Part shown: positions 33,001-44,198 of the stretch, one piece after another
How positions within the stretch are numbered: position 1 is the stretch's first letter
How the letters are laid out: each line of letters begins with the position of its first letter
The notes under the pieces: model-generated
What the model saw: only the letters and a program-made list of their open reading frames with translations
The model's database searches: none
Told to the model about the DNA's origin: nothing
Translations under genes and position numbers: made by a program
Assembly (NCBI GenBank): GCA_001600695.1
Contig: BCKQ01000003.1
Location: 714,003 to 778,002 of the forward strand
DNA: 64,000 nucleotides
Direction: 5' to 3'
Origin: Ascoidea asiatica JCM 7603
Taxonomy: Eukaryota; Fungi; Ascomycota

Positions 33001-35797
33001 TTTCTTTTTTCCTTGTTTCTTGCAAAAGGATTTCTTTTTGACTTAACAAATCTCTTTCGGATGAAAGAACTTCATTCAACTTATCTAATTCTTTTTTGAG
33101 AGCATCATGCCTCTTATGAATACTCTTTTTTTCTTTTTCTAGGTTTGAAAGTTGATTTTTCAATAGCTTAATTTGATCATTGAATACTTTTTTCTCTTGT
33201 TGAATCTTGGATGAAGACAAAAGAGGCTTGAGTTTAATCAATAGATCATACCAAGGATTCTTCTTAAGCTGGTTATATATTAAGAGGTTTCTCATTAACA
33301 CTTGCGCAGCCTGAATTTTATCAATTTGATGTCTAACAAATCTTCTTTTAATAATACCTCTAGATATTGCTTGAAAATCTGTAAATATCGTTTTGATTTT
33401 GGTTTCTCTTTTTGCTTCAAGATCTGCTAAAACACCAGCTTTGAAAAACACTTTTGTTAAACCAACTTTATAAAGGTCACCTTTTAATTCAATTGCAGAT
33501 AATATCAACTCACAATTTTTTTTCATGTCACCTGAAAGTAGATATGATTTTCTTGATAATATTTTATACCTTTGAAAAAACTCCTTGAAAAAAATCCTAT
33601 TTGGGTAACCTGCTCTGGCTATTCTTATTCCTTCTAAAACACCATTACATCTTAATTGTTCTAAAATTATCTTTTTGTCAAAATCACGAGGTCTCTTTTT
33701 AGTATTAGGTAGAATACATCTAACAAAATGAGGGAAAGTATTAGATAGCTGATTCATTAAATTATTTAATTGCTCCTTATGACGTTGAGCGACGGTTCTA
33801 AACATTCCTTTCTTTGTTGCAGATGAAGGGATATTTGATGTTTGTGAATTTAAATCTTGTGAAAATAAAGAATTCATATGCTTATTTGTTGATTTTGTCA
33901 TTAGTTCAACAACACTTTCATTCAATGGATCTCTATTTTTGTCTAACCAACCATCAACGGAATACTCAACATTAGCAGCATAATGTTTTAATATAAAGGC
34001 CTTGGAAAATTTTGATTTTGTAAATTTTTCAGACTTTGTATCCCAAATTTTATTTAATTTATCTATAAAACTAGTATCAGATGATTTTGGAACAATACAT
34101 TCTTCATCTAATATTGAAAAAATACCTATAGGATTATTTGAAGATTCAATTAAATCAATTGTACCTTGTAAATCATGACCATAATCTATAAATCTCCAAT
34201 TAATATTTTCTTTAATATATTCATTTTGCTCAAGTACAAACATATGGTGATTGAAGAATTGTTGTAATTTTTCATTTGTATAATTTATACATAATTGTTC
34301 AAAAGAATTTTTTCTAAAAATTTCAAAACCTGCGATATCTAAAACACCAATAAAATTTGAAGAATTTAAAGAATGATCTAATTTTTCATTAATTTTATCA
34401 ACAATAAATTTAAAAGTTCTTTCATAAAGACTTTTAGATAAAGCATCAAGAGAAAATTTAGCTTGAGAAGCATTTCTTGATTGAGTGACATATTCTCTAC
34501 CAGCTTTAACTTTTGGTCTAAGTATTGAAGAAATGAAATTTTCTTTATCAACACCCAATAGAGTTGAAATTTTTTCTAAAGGAGAATTCATAGTAAAATT
34601 AGCTTGTTCAGATTTTGAAGATATGAATTCAAGATTACCAATTAATAAAATAATAATTATAGTTTTGAAAATTTCTTGATATACAGATTTATCAAATTGC
34701 ATAACTTGAAAAGCATATAATAAATTTTTGAATTCTTTTTTATCATCAATATTAGGAATTTGATAATTACCACTTTTTAAATAATTAAAATCTTTGAATT
34801 CCATATCTTGAATTAAAAATAAATTTCTCTCAGTTTTTGATAAACCAATTAATAATTGATAAAAAATATGATAATTTCTTTCTTGTTCAGATTGTTTTAT
34901 AACTCTTGATTTTTCTAAAAGGTACCAATCAATATTTGCACCAGAAATTATACCATCATCAGAAAATTCAATTCTTATGAATTTACCAAATCTTGAAGAA
35001 TTATTATTTCTGACAGTTTGAGCATTACCAAAAGATTCTAAAATTGGATTAGCTTGAATAATTTGATCTTCAAAAGTTTTATTTTTATATTGAGATTGAG
35101 AAGAATTTTCAGAAGAAGTTATTGCAGCAAGATACTGAATAATTTTTTTAGTATTTTCAGTTTTACCAGCACCAGATTCACCAGTTACTAAAATTGATTG
35201 ATCTTGTCTTTTTTCTAACATATATCTATAAGTTAAATCAGTTATTGCAAAAATATGAGGTTTTTGTTTTTGATTTTGATGATTTTGAGATTTTGACAGG
35301 CTTTGAGATTGAGATTGAGTTTGATTTTTATTATTTGTATTGTTGTTTAAATTACTATTAGTATTATTATTATTATTGTTACTAGTGTTATATATATTAA
35401 TATAATCTGGACCATATATAGGAATATTTGAATAAGGATTAATTGCAACTAAGAAAAGTCCTGAATAAGTATAAATTAAATCATCTTTATATCTATTTTG
35501 TAAATTATCTAAAACTGAAGGTTCATTTAAATGAGTTAATTCAGCCATATCATCACATTTATTAAAATTTTGTGGATTAACTTCTTGTAAAAATTTAACA
35601 TCCACAATTCTATCAACATCATCTTCACATCTTATTTTTACTTGATTTTTATCTTTAAATTCTTCAGTAATAAAACCTTTAATAAAAGTTAATTTCTGGT
35701 CTGGAATCCAAGCCCAATTTTTATCAGAATCGAAATCAACTTCAGAAGATGCAACAGTTGTTGAACTACTGTTTTTATTAGTACTTATTGATGACAT
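30032..35797 (-). CDS. MYO1: Type II myosin heavy chain
   Basis: DMAELTHLNEPSVL, P-loop GESGAGKT, NNNSSRFGKF, LDIAGFE, QLRCNGVLEGIR, IQ motif, long coiled-coil tail. Confidence 0.97.
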   Translation of the reverse strand: MSSISTNKNSSSTTVASSEVDFDSDKNWAWIPDQKLTFIKGFITEEFKDKNQVKIRCEDDVDRIVDVKFLQEVNPQNFNKCDDMAELTHLNEPSVLDNLQNRYKDDLIYTYSGLFLVAINPYSNIPIYGPDYINIYNTSNNNNNNTNSNLNNNTNNKNQTQSQSQSLSKSQNHQNQKQKPHIFAITDLTYRYMLEKRQDQSILVTGESGAGKTENTKKIIQYLAAITSSENSSQSQYKNKTFEDQIIQANPILESFGNAQTVRNNNSSRFGKFIRIEFSDDGIISGANIDWYLLEKSRVIKQSEQERNYHIFYQLLIGLSKTERNLFLIQDMEFKDFNYLKSGNYQIPNIDDKKEFKNLLYAFQVMQFDKSVYQEIFKTIIIILLIGNLEFISSKSEQANFTMNSPLEKISTLLGVDKENFISSILRPKVKAGREYVTQSRNASQAKFSLDALSKSLYERTFKFIVDKINEKLDHSLNSSNFIGVLDIAGFEIFRKNSFEQLCINYTNEKLQQFFNHHMFVLEQNEYIKENINWRFIDYGHDLQGTIDLIESSNNPIGIFSILDEECIVPKSSDTSFIDKLNKIWDTKSEKFTKSKFSKAFILKHYAANVEYSVDGWLDKNRDPLNESVVELMTKSTNKHMNSLFSQDLNSQTSNIPSSATKKGMFRTVAQRHKEQLNNLMNQLSNTFPHFVRCILPNTKKRPRDFDKKIILEQLRCNGVLEGIRIARAGYPNRIFFKEFFQRYKILSRKSYLLSGDMKKNCELILSAIELKGDLYKVGLTKVFFKAGVLADLEAKRETKIKTIFTDFQAISRGIIKRRFVRHQIDKIQAAQVLMRNLLIYNQLKKNPWYDLLIKLKPLLSSSKIQQEKKVFNDQIKLLKNQLSNLEKEKKSIHKRHDALKKELDKLNEVLSSERDLLSQKEILLQETRKKEIELTTNLDSTSKKLKTLESQNENFTKNKESLESKLETWKNEVTDQKKLITVLEKDKNELKMKQVASDKELKVMKDTTNTSSKNFEKLKDEIKDLKAKLRQKDSQIRDLEFQLKNATKDLEKKLASPSRELDRANQKIKQLADEKMELSSKLKLINNPDDTIEKLKTLNEEQKSQIAKITSEKLAYQRNEKTKNKELESLKQKCEQLERDASEAKSLLKVKITDDIKFDRGRQKFDSEIMELKHKLKNAEKELADQQKSINTQNLREVTNGFSSTKEKVPDNLELEKLRKDQQQLINEFASMKLLLNEKSAGLKKESLEKSKFYDEIKMLKTRLASEAFDNQKLSAEVEKLKSLNRNSATSLSKNVYNETDFNKIQSLVKENRDLKESLELEKKAVKRTEQELQNQFLYNSNKAEANNNESEAFFNMTEKTINSSPARKLPPLPLKENHNIVNGNGAGAGPNQELMKAYQSVSKQLRLSREELAQSRQELERYKRLLRTSNDSLSTKHSKSETTTFLLKEQLVTTQLRLEVAQNKVSDLEKSMRLYKSRSEDYFSKLDEAESLIKSSQRAEKYARDELKEVSQTLLLMRGNSRNVEAVTAKLQLKINRLENATGDKEAEIEKLRNNFKAVSEELERFKLQYISGSKLASRENQVQDLNKKLAQSLITETTLQKEVKRLQLQLDSIISEKEELEGNVEKSKHDKMFYENLINQLESRGDIDTLVNGNKTSKLESVLNQFRAVNMSMKELMTERDNLQNDKKSLEVRVQELTTGFQSLVAEGQSKKTSGLTLLLEKQKYDDENLKREINELRSIGSKYRKEIDQNKQDIQMVLQENEGLQKYIKQLQVRIKSLQRNSINSNDSFWQNRIKELEQQLVQINDIKFESNKNSRTYEHSMRIYQSQIEQANSKIRDLLKEKETLEIKVNKLNERMDEFLVSESTAQLLTKRAEREIKENKEKALRLEKELLDWKAKFEQLLQKKSKGRSFSSLIR

Positions 35798-36926
35798 TAT
35801 TTAGTGAAAACAGAATACATAAGATAAAAATACCTGGCTAAAAAAAAAAAAAAAATAATTATAATATGAGAGAATAAATTGAGTCGAATTGAATCAAATG
35901 GAAAAACTTGATGGAATGTAGTAATTTTTGGGTAATTTTATTAAAATAAAGATTTTTGCAGATTTGAATTAAATTTTCTAGTATAATTGATTTGAATTAA
36001 CTATATTCTGTAATTGTAGTTACTTTATAAAGCAATGGATAGCAAATGAAAGAATGGAAACTTTAAAAAAAGTTGATTTTGAATAATAAAGTGATTATTT
36101 GATGGAATATAAATATTGGAATTGTTATTATTTTTATTGATACTGATTATTTTAAATCAATTGATATTTCTAAGGAAAGTCAATATGCAATTGAATTTAA
36201 TTTAAATAATCAAGATTTGATTATTTGACTCTTCGCTATTCTGAATTAGTATAAATATATTGAAATAAATATATTTAGATATATTAATATTTCATTATAT
36301 CGTATCCATAGTTTTCAGTAACATTAGTGTCAGAACATCAAAACAGCATCAAATACCAAAGCAGATATTCGTTTACGTAGATGTTAGACAAACACATCTA
36401 AGGTTTATCTCCTATTGTTGATCTGGAGTATGAGAAGTATTTGTTTGTTTACTTTTACATTAAAAAACCAGCAGACAGGATCACACCCACAACACTGGCT
36501 TTTAAAAATGGAGCCCATATTTGTGGATCACGTAAATATAAGCAGTATTACGTGTGGATATGTTGTTTGCTTGGGCACTTAAATATATACACATTAATAA
36601 ACCTAAATATGCATACCATAACGCCAGTTGGCATTAGGCCCTTGGTACTGGTTATTGAGTACTTCGGCAAGAACTGAAGCTATTTTTTATCGTAGTTTGC
36701 CGCTAATGTTAAGGTCACACTGCTTACGAACCGTACTTAATTCTAATATAACTTAATACAATGCTTGCTGATACAACTGTAATTATACACCTTTTCAATT
36801 GATCTTTCATTTATATTTATTTATTTATATAGAATTGATATTGCTCAATATTTCAAACTCCCTCATATTCAACTATCTCATCTTTATCAAGTGTTCAATT
36901 ATTCATCAGCTCTTCAGGGTCAGAGA

Positions 36927-39900
36927 ATGTGGCCCTTTTCCATTCAAACAAAATTGGATAATGCTGAAATTCAAGAGGATCAATTCACCTATTATCAAGA
37001 TCTAGTATTTGACGATGATTTTTATAATCTTCCAACATTACTGGCTTCTAATTCTTCTGAACTTACTCATAATAATAACTCCAAGGATTCACATTCAGTA
37101 CCAGAAAATAATCAACACCCTCTGCATTCAACAGATGGAAATTATAATGGATTTTCCGTTTTGAAGCAAAATTTAATTCCTGATAATCGAATACTTTATA
37201 TTTTCGATATGAAGGTTGATATTGAGATAATCAATTCTAACTGCAATCAATATGAGAATGATGACGCCAATGATATCGATGATAATGATAATAATAATGA
37301 TATAAATGATACTGATTTTTTGAATCACCAGGAAATAGAAAATGAAAATCAGATCAATGATAACCAAAATAATAATTCTCAACTTCTTGAGTTCTTAGAG
37401 AATGAACTTCCTTCAAATAGACAAGATAAAAGTACCACTTTGAATAATAATGTCTCTAATGACAATAACAATGATAATAATAATGACACTCAAAATACTT
37501 TTGAAACTGATCCTTTTTCGGATGATGATGATGAATTTATTCAATTATTAGATCATAAATTAAATGTACCTAATTTAGATACAATTCCTCAAAGTAATCA
37601 AATCATTCAAGACTTCAAAAAAGAACAATCAAATGATACAATTATGAGTGATATTGAAATAAATGAGAAAAAAAATACTAAGAAAGTATTTAAAACAATA
37701 ACTCAGACTATATTAATTTTAAAAAATTCAATTTTAATCAATGATTCTATTTTCAATTTATCACCTTCAATAATTTCCGCAACAACTTTATTCAATTCAA
37801 AAATTTTATTAATTTTATTAAATTCAAATTATTTATTACTTATATCCTTTAAAAAATTTCAAAAATTTAAAAAAATTATTCCATTTATTAAAAATTATTG
37901 GAATTTAAATTTAATTTTAAATAATGATCTTAATTTAAATTATAATTTAAATTATACAAATTTAATTTCAAATAATTCAAATAATTTTATATTAATTACA
38001 AATAATAATTATAAAAATAAAAATTTATTAACTTATTTTACTTTAAATATCAATAAAATTGATAATAAATTCAAATATAATTTTAAAAATATTAGTTTAA
38101 ACTCTGTTATTTTGAATTCTACTTTTTTAAAAAATGGTAATGATAATAAATTAATACATTCTACAAACATCGCAAATACCAATAATACTAGCAATACTGC
38201 TAATCCTACAGTCACTACTTCTAATACTTCTACGACTACCACTAATAATAATAATAACAATAATATTACTACTAATACTACCGATAATTCAGATTCTTCA
38301 AACTATAATTATTTCGTAACTCTATTATACTCAGGTTCTCATAGATTGTTTTTGAAATTATTTGATACCTCTAATAATAATATTTGTAATTATTTTTTTG
38401 ATAATCATTTTAATTTACCAATTTTTATTATAGATCTTAAAAAAATTAAAAATTTTCTTCTTTTTATATCTCCAAAAAACTTATATATATATTCAATTGA
38501 GAATATGCTAAAAAATAAAAATCCTCTAGTTGTCAATAAAACTTTTGATTATGCCTTTCCAATAAGTTTTTATCAACCAATTTCAAATATTAGATTAAAT
38601 TCAGATAATCAGATAAATAATCCAAATATCTTAACTGAAGAGATTTTAGTTTCAACTGAGAATAATATAATTTATTCAATTTTAGTTTCAAAAAATCTTA
38701 AAAGTTCACTCATTAAAAATTCTCTTGATATAACTATCTTACCTGTTTTAAATATTGGTTTTCAATTTAGTGTATTCAAATTTGAAAAGTCAAATAATAA
38801 TCCTATAGATCAAAAAATTGAAGAAAATGATATTTATGATGTTACATTTTCCGATCATAAATATATTTCAGGTTTTTTAAAAGTTAAAAATTTACCTAAT
38901 TTGGAGAACTATAAAAATTATAATGGTATAAAATTATATAAAAATATTGAGGTTATAAGAACTTCTCAAAATTCAGGTCCAATATTTGATATTAAATCAA
39001 TTAACTCTAATCTTTTGGATCCATTGAATTATTCTTCAGATCAATTATGGTTAATATCGGGTGAAAATAAAAAAGGCTCTTTAATTCAATTCAGAAATGG
39101 TTATAAAGCCATGCCAATAGTTTTTAATTCAAAATTTAAAAAAATTTTAAATTTGTTTGTAATTGTGTTTAAAAATTTATCAGTTGATTTGGTATATTTA
39201 ATATTCTCCTATAACTATAAAAGTTCAATTTATATTATTAATCTAAAGACATTTGAATTATTAAATATTACAAGATCATGTAAAATTGATAATAAAAATA
39301 AAACATTGTTAATTAAGTCAATTGAGATCAAAAATAACAATGAGAATAAAAATGTGAGCTCTAAACAAGATATAGCTATTGCTTGTCAAATAACTGAAAA
39401 ATCAATTTTATTAACTGACTTCAAAGAAAAATCGTTGATTATTGAAGAGTTTACTAAAGAAAAAAATTATAATAATGAAATCATAGTTTGTGATATATAT
39501 AAAAATTATATTATTTATCTTATTCATGATAAAGATAATAGTAAGTTTTTCATTAAATTGATTGGAATTTTTAATAATGAAATTATAAATAAGGAATCTA
39601 AATTTGATTTAGAATCAATTAGTTTAAGATCTATTGAAATAATTGATAATGATCATAAAATTAATGAAAGTTATCCATGTTTTATAAAAATATTTGTAAT
39701 CAAAGAAAAAGAATATTTTTGTTATGGTAATGAAAATTCAAAAATTAGAGTATATGAATCAGATAAAAAAAATAAGAATTTTAAATTTTTAAAAGAAATT
39801 GATTTAAAAATTGAATTTCCTGAAATGGGATTATTTCATGATTTTTGTGTAATTAAATATAAAGATGAAGAAAATTATAATAAAGTATTTTTTTTTATAT

Positions 39901-41717
39901 CTGATAAATTAGGTTCAGTTTACAGATGTAGAGTTGAAATTGATTTAAAAAATGAAATAATAAATTCAAATAGTTTTATTAAATTACAATTAGGTTTTAA
40001 ACCTATAAAATTTTCATATTATAAAAATAATAATTCATTATATTTAATCTCAGATCATTTATGGTGTATAAGATTTGATGAGGTAATTAATAATTATTAC
40101 CCAGTTAGAGTTTTTTTTAAAAATGACACTGTTGATAGACATATAAGTTCAGCAATTCCAATTCCAATTGAAAATGTAATTGAAAGTTCAAATGAAAATA
40201 AAGGAAGTAATAATAATAATATTGAAAAAAAGAACTGGAGATTGTTTTTAGTTAGAGAAGATGGATTTTTATTATGTAAATGTAATAATTTAATTGAAAA
40301 TAATTTAAGAAAAATTAAATTAGGATTTACTCCAAGAAAATTTATTTATTCAATGAATTTAAAATGTTTTATAATAATAAGTGATGAAATTGAAAATAAA
40401 ATAACTTTTATTGGTATTACAAATGGAAAATATGATAAATTTAAAATTACACAATATCAATCAATGAATAAAATTGGTAAAATTTTTGAAGGAGATATAA
40501 GTCCATTATGTTTATGTGAATGGAAAGTTACTAAGAAAGAAAAAAAAGAATTTTATAATAATTTAATAGTTGGATGTTATAGTAAAAAAGATAATAGAGG
40601 ATTAATATATGTATTAACATATTCAATTGATAATAAAAAAGATAATGAAAAAGATAATAATAATAGAATTAATTGTACTAGAATTAATGTTTGTAAAGTT
40701 GAAAATGCAGTTATGGGAATTGGACAATTAACTAATAATTCAATAATTTATCATAGTAATCGAAAGATACTTTTAATGAAATATGATTTAGAAAATAAGA
40801 AATTTGAAAATTCTAAAGAAATTTTTATTACACAAAGTTTAATAACATCATTTGAAATTATTAATGAAAATAAAAATTTTAAAAAAGTTATAGTTTCAAC
40901 AAATAATAATTCAGTTTATGTTTATGAGATTGTAATTTTAAATAATGAAGAAATTTTAGTTAATAATATATATCATGATGATAGTAAGAAATCATTAGTT
41001 TCAAGTAATTTTTTAAATGGAAATAGAAATGAAAATAGTTATGAATATGGATATGAAGGTGGGTATGACAATGACAATGAGAATGAAAATGAAAATGAAA
41101 ATGAAAATTTAAATGAAAATGACAATTTAAATGAAAATGAATATGAAAATAATGATAATAAAGTTTCAAGTGTTATTGCTTCAGATAAAATAAATGGTAT
41201 AATCTCAGGATATAATTTAACTAATAATGATTGTTTTTTAAAAGAGAATTTTAGAATAAATTTAAAAGAAGTTTGTAAAATTGCAGTTGGAGATTATTTA
41301 CCAATTTGGGAATATAGAAAAAATATTGATAAAAATAATTATAATTCTAGATTTAAAAGATTTATTACAGTTAGTATAAGTGGAGAAGTTAATATTTTTA
41401 CATTACTTACTAAAGAAGAATTTAACAAATTGAATACATTATTAATTGAACAAGAAAAAGAAGAAGATAATTTCAATGAAATTTATAATGATTATATTTC
41501 AGTTAAGAATCTTGATTATATTGATCATTTTGATACAATTGATAATATTGAAGAAGATAAAACAATTGAAAAATGGAAATTTTTTGGAGAAGGATATTGG
41601 AAATTAAATTCCATTAAATGGAGGAATAGAAAAGATATTGGAGTTATTGATGGAAATACTTTAAAATATCATCAAAGTAAAAATATTACTGATATTGTAA
41701 ATTCAATAATGATATGA
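36927..41717 (+). CDS. MMS1: DDB1/Rse1/Mms1-family triple beta-propeller protein, most like Mms1
   Basis: About 1,600 aa; NSGPIFD...LWLISG...GSLIQFRNG and KIKLGFTPRKFIY blocks are typical of this family. Too divergent for Rse1, which is highly conserved. First ATG is at 36927 (the ORF track starts at GTG 36891). Confidence 0.6.
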   Translation: MWPFSIQTKLDNAEIQEDQFTYYQDLVFDDDFYNLPTLLASNSSELTHNNNSKDSHSVPENNQHPLHSTDGNYNGFSVLKQNLIPDNRILYIFDMKVDIEIINSNCNQYENDDANDIDDNDNNNDINDTDFLNHQEIENENQINDNQNNNSQLLEFLENELPSNRQDKSTTLNNNVSNDNNNDNNNDTQNTFETDPFSDDDDEFIQLLDHKLNVPNLDTIPQSNQIIQDFKKEQSNDTIMSDIEINEKKNTKKVFKTITQTILILKNSILINDSIFNLSPSIISATTLFNSKILLILLNSNYLLLISFKKFQKFKKIIPFIKNYWNLNLILNNDLNLNYNLNYTNLISNNSNNFILITNNNYKNKNLLTYFTLNINKIDNKFKYNFKNISLNSVILNSTFLKNGNDNKLIHSTNIANTNNTSNTANPTVTTSNTSTTTTNNNNNNNITTNTTDNSDSSNYNYFVTLLYSGSHRLFLKLFDTSNNNICNYFFDNHFNLPIFIIDLKKIKNFLLFISPKNLYIYSIENMLKNKNPLVVNKTFDYAFPISFYQPISNIRLNSDNQINNPNILTEEILVSTENNIIYSILVSKNLKSSLIKNSLDITILPVLNIGFQFSVFKFEKSNNNPIDQKIEENDIYDVTFSDHKYISGFLKVKNLPNLENYKNYNGIKLYKNIEVIRTSQNSGPIFDIKSINSNLLDPLNYSSDQLWLISGENKKGSLIQFRNGYKAMPIVFNSKFKKILNLFVIVFKNLSVDLVYLIFSYNYKSSIYIINLKTFELLNITRSCKIDNKNKTLLIKSIEIKNNNENKNVSSKQDIAIACQITEKSILLTDFKEKSLIIEEFTKEKNYNNEIIVCDIYKNYIIYLIHDKDNSKFFIKLIGIFNNEIINKESKFDLESISLRSIEIIDNDHKINESYPCFIKIFVIKEKEYFCYGNENSKIRVYESDKKNKNFKFLKEIDLKIEFPEMGLFHDFCVIKYKDEENYNKVFFFISDKLGSVYRCRVEIDLKNEIINSNSFIKLQLGFKPIKFSYYKNNNSLYLISDHLWCIRFDEVINNYYPVRVFFKNDTVDRHISSAIPIPIENVIESSNENKGSNNNNIEKKNWRLFLVREDGFLLCKCNNLIENNLRKIKLGFTPRKFIYSMNLKCFIIISDEIENKITFIGITNGKYDKFKITQYQSMNKIGKIFEGDISPLCLCEWKVTKKEKKEFYNNLIVGCYSKKDNRGLIYVLTYSIDNKKDNEKDNNNRINCTRINVCKVENAVMGIGQLTNNSIIYHSNRKILLMKYDLENKKFENSKEIFITQSLITSFEIINENKNFKKVIVSTNNNSVYVYEIVILNNEEILVNNIYHDDSKKSLVSSNFLNGNRNENSYEYGYEGGYDNDNENENENENENLNENDNLNENEYENNDNKVSSVIASDKINGIISGYNLTNNDCFLKENFRINLKEVCKIAVGDYLPIWEYRKNIDKNNYNSRFKRFITVSISGEVNIFTLLTKEEFNKLNTLLIEQEKEEDNFNEIYNDYISVKNLDYIDHFDTIDNIEEDKTIEKWKFFGEGYWKLNSIKWRNRKDIGVIDGNTLKYHQSKNITDIVNSIMI

Positions 41718-42467
41718 TCGATTGCAAAAAACTATTCAATTGTCTGTTTTTTGTTTTCTAAAATACATAATTTCAATAAATAAACTTGATATTTAATATC
41801 CCAAATGACTTGAATGACTATTTTTCTTTTGAAGAAGTTGGTGAATTTTGTATTTTCGATGGTTCTCCTGCTGAATGAAAAAAAAAAAAAAAAAAAAAAG
41901 AAGATATTCTAGGTGTTTGTATGTGTTGACAGACACTACCAAATTTTTGGGGTGTGTACAGACGTGGAAACACATCCCGCCAAAACAGGCATAAAAGTGA
42001 GCCTGCGAGGCTTGCTTTTTCAGCCACTTCCATTTCCAATTAGTAGCACCAGTAGTAACTATGAAATTTACACTTTGATTTATCCGTGGTAAGTGCATGG
42101 ATACAGATGTTAACTATGGAAACAGGTCAAACACCACCACAGAAATATGGAATTCGAGTGTTTATTCTTACTCGGTTGCTCAGGCATTTAGTCCAGCCAG
42201 ATCATCAGCCCCCTGAAGGATCTAGAAATTGCTGAATTGGGGAAAGCTAAAAAAAGAAGCTGGTGAGAAGAGAAGAGCGTAAAAGCGCCAGAGCGTAACC
42301 ACTGAGAGAAACAGAAGTTACTGCCTGAAACTAGGTGACTGTGCCCGCTAAAGGGCTACTCAAGCGCTGAATCTTATCTGAAATGGCCTTGCTGCGGCAG
42401 CGCTGCTAATCGCATAAGCCCGCTGCACACAAACGTGGCGGAAGTACAAACAAAACCGTGAACAAAC

Positions 42468-42580
42468 CCAAGGATAACCAAGGATAACCAAGGATAACCA
42501 AGCAAAACCAAGAATGACATAATAAAACCAAGGAAAACCCAAGGAAATGACAAGGAAAACTCAAGGAAATTACAAGAAAA
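42468..42580. repeat. 10-bp minisatellite (CCAAGGATAA)x3 decaying into about 8 variant units
   Basis: Perfect units at 42468, 42478 and 42488, followed by CCAAGCAAAA, CCAAGAATGA, CCAAGGAAAA and further variants. Confidence 0.85.
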
Positions 42581-44198
42581 CGAAACGGAAAATAAAACAA
42601 AACACTCATAGAAATTTGGGACGCCGGATTTCTGCATATTTTAGCTGGGGATAGCGTCTTTCTGCTGTTTGGGTAATGAGGAAAGTGCAACACAAAAAAG
42701 CAGAACGAGTAGAAAAAGAAGAAAAACAGTGAAAAACAGAGAAAAACAAAAGAAAACAAAAGAAAAAAGTAAAAGAAACCCGAAAATTGGGAAAATGAAA
42801 AAAACTGAGAAATTTGAAAAATAACAAAAAATTGCAGAGAAAACAAACAAACAAACAAAACAACAAATCTAACAAAAGAGTTTGAATATTGAATATTGAA
42901 TATTGAAAGTAATCTTAATCTTGCAAGTAATTTTGAAAATATTGAAACTTCACCAGAAACCTGAGAGCCTGAGAGTATTTTGCAAGGACTAAAATAGAAG
43001 TAAAGGGAAATATAAAACAAGCTGTAAAATCAAATAACAATCTGGTTTTAAATATAAGTAAAAAGTAATCTAATTTGAAATCATTAATTACATTTCCTTC
43101 AGGTCCTATATTTAAATTAATCAAGGATCAAATCTCAAATATCCAATCTCATATTTGCAGTTTTTAGTATCAATAATTACATTTCAAATATCAAAGATCG
43201 AAGATTCTTTGTTACATTTCTAAGATCAGAGATCAAAAACATATATATATATATATATATAAACAAAACAAAGGCAATAAAGAATAATAAAGAACAATAA
43301 ATATCATTTATTAACCTTAATCAACAATATTCATCAATAATTATTATCATTATAACTAACAATAGGTAATAATATTCAATAATAAAGAACAATATAAACA
43401 TTAGAGTTATTTAAAAAAAAAAAATATTAATATCTTTATTGTATTTTGTGGTTTTCTTCATTGTCTTCATTCTTTTTAATTCATTTCATTCTTTTCATTT
43501 ATTATCGGTTTCCATTCTTAATCATACTTCAGTTTTTTTATCAATCAAACATAATTAATATCTTCATTTAATCATTTAATCATTTAATCTTCATTCATAT
43601 ATATATCGTTATCTTCTTCAGTTACAATATTTAGATTATCATCATTTTAGCACTGTTTTCAAAAAAATTGCAGAAAAAGAACCTTAGAAGTAGGCTTTAT
43701 ATTTAAAGAAAATTCATAAATTCAAACATTTAAAATAAAGGAAAAAAAAAAAATCAACAAACAAAAAACTTTTCTTTTAACTATTTATATCATTTTCCTA
43801 TTATACAACTCATAATATAATATAACATAATAGCATAACCATATTATAAAAATATAATCATTATAATACTAATAATAATATTTCAGTTATATAATATTAC
43901 AACTATTGTCACAAGTCACTATTTTTTAATTCAGTTTATTTTCCCTCTCCGAAATCATCATATTCTATTACTAGTCAATACTATATAATCAATATCTTTA
44001 TCTTATTACACATATTAATAGTATCATCATTATCATTATCATTATCATTATCATTATCATTATCATATTTATTAAAATATAAATAATTCAATAAATCATT
44101 TATTGATATTTTATTCAAATCCTATTTTATATTCAATGTATATAACTTGATATCATTATCTAAAATTAAAATTTTACTATTAATAACTTTAAATAACA

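Noticed and set aside
42468-42580. Tandem repeats as a CRISPR array or telomere
   Set aside because: No unique spacers, eukaryotic context, internal location and short degenerate length.
41793-43124. Cluster of minus-strand ORFs (60-204 aa) upstream of KRE6
   Set aside because: Phe/Leu-rich products generated by A-rich repeats that lack stops in all frames; looks like promoter DNA.
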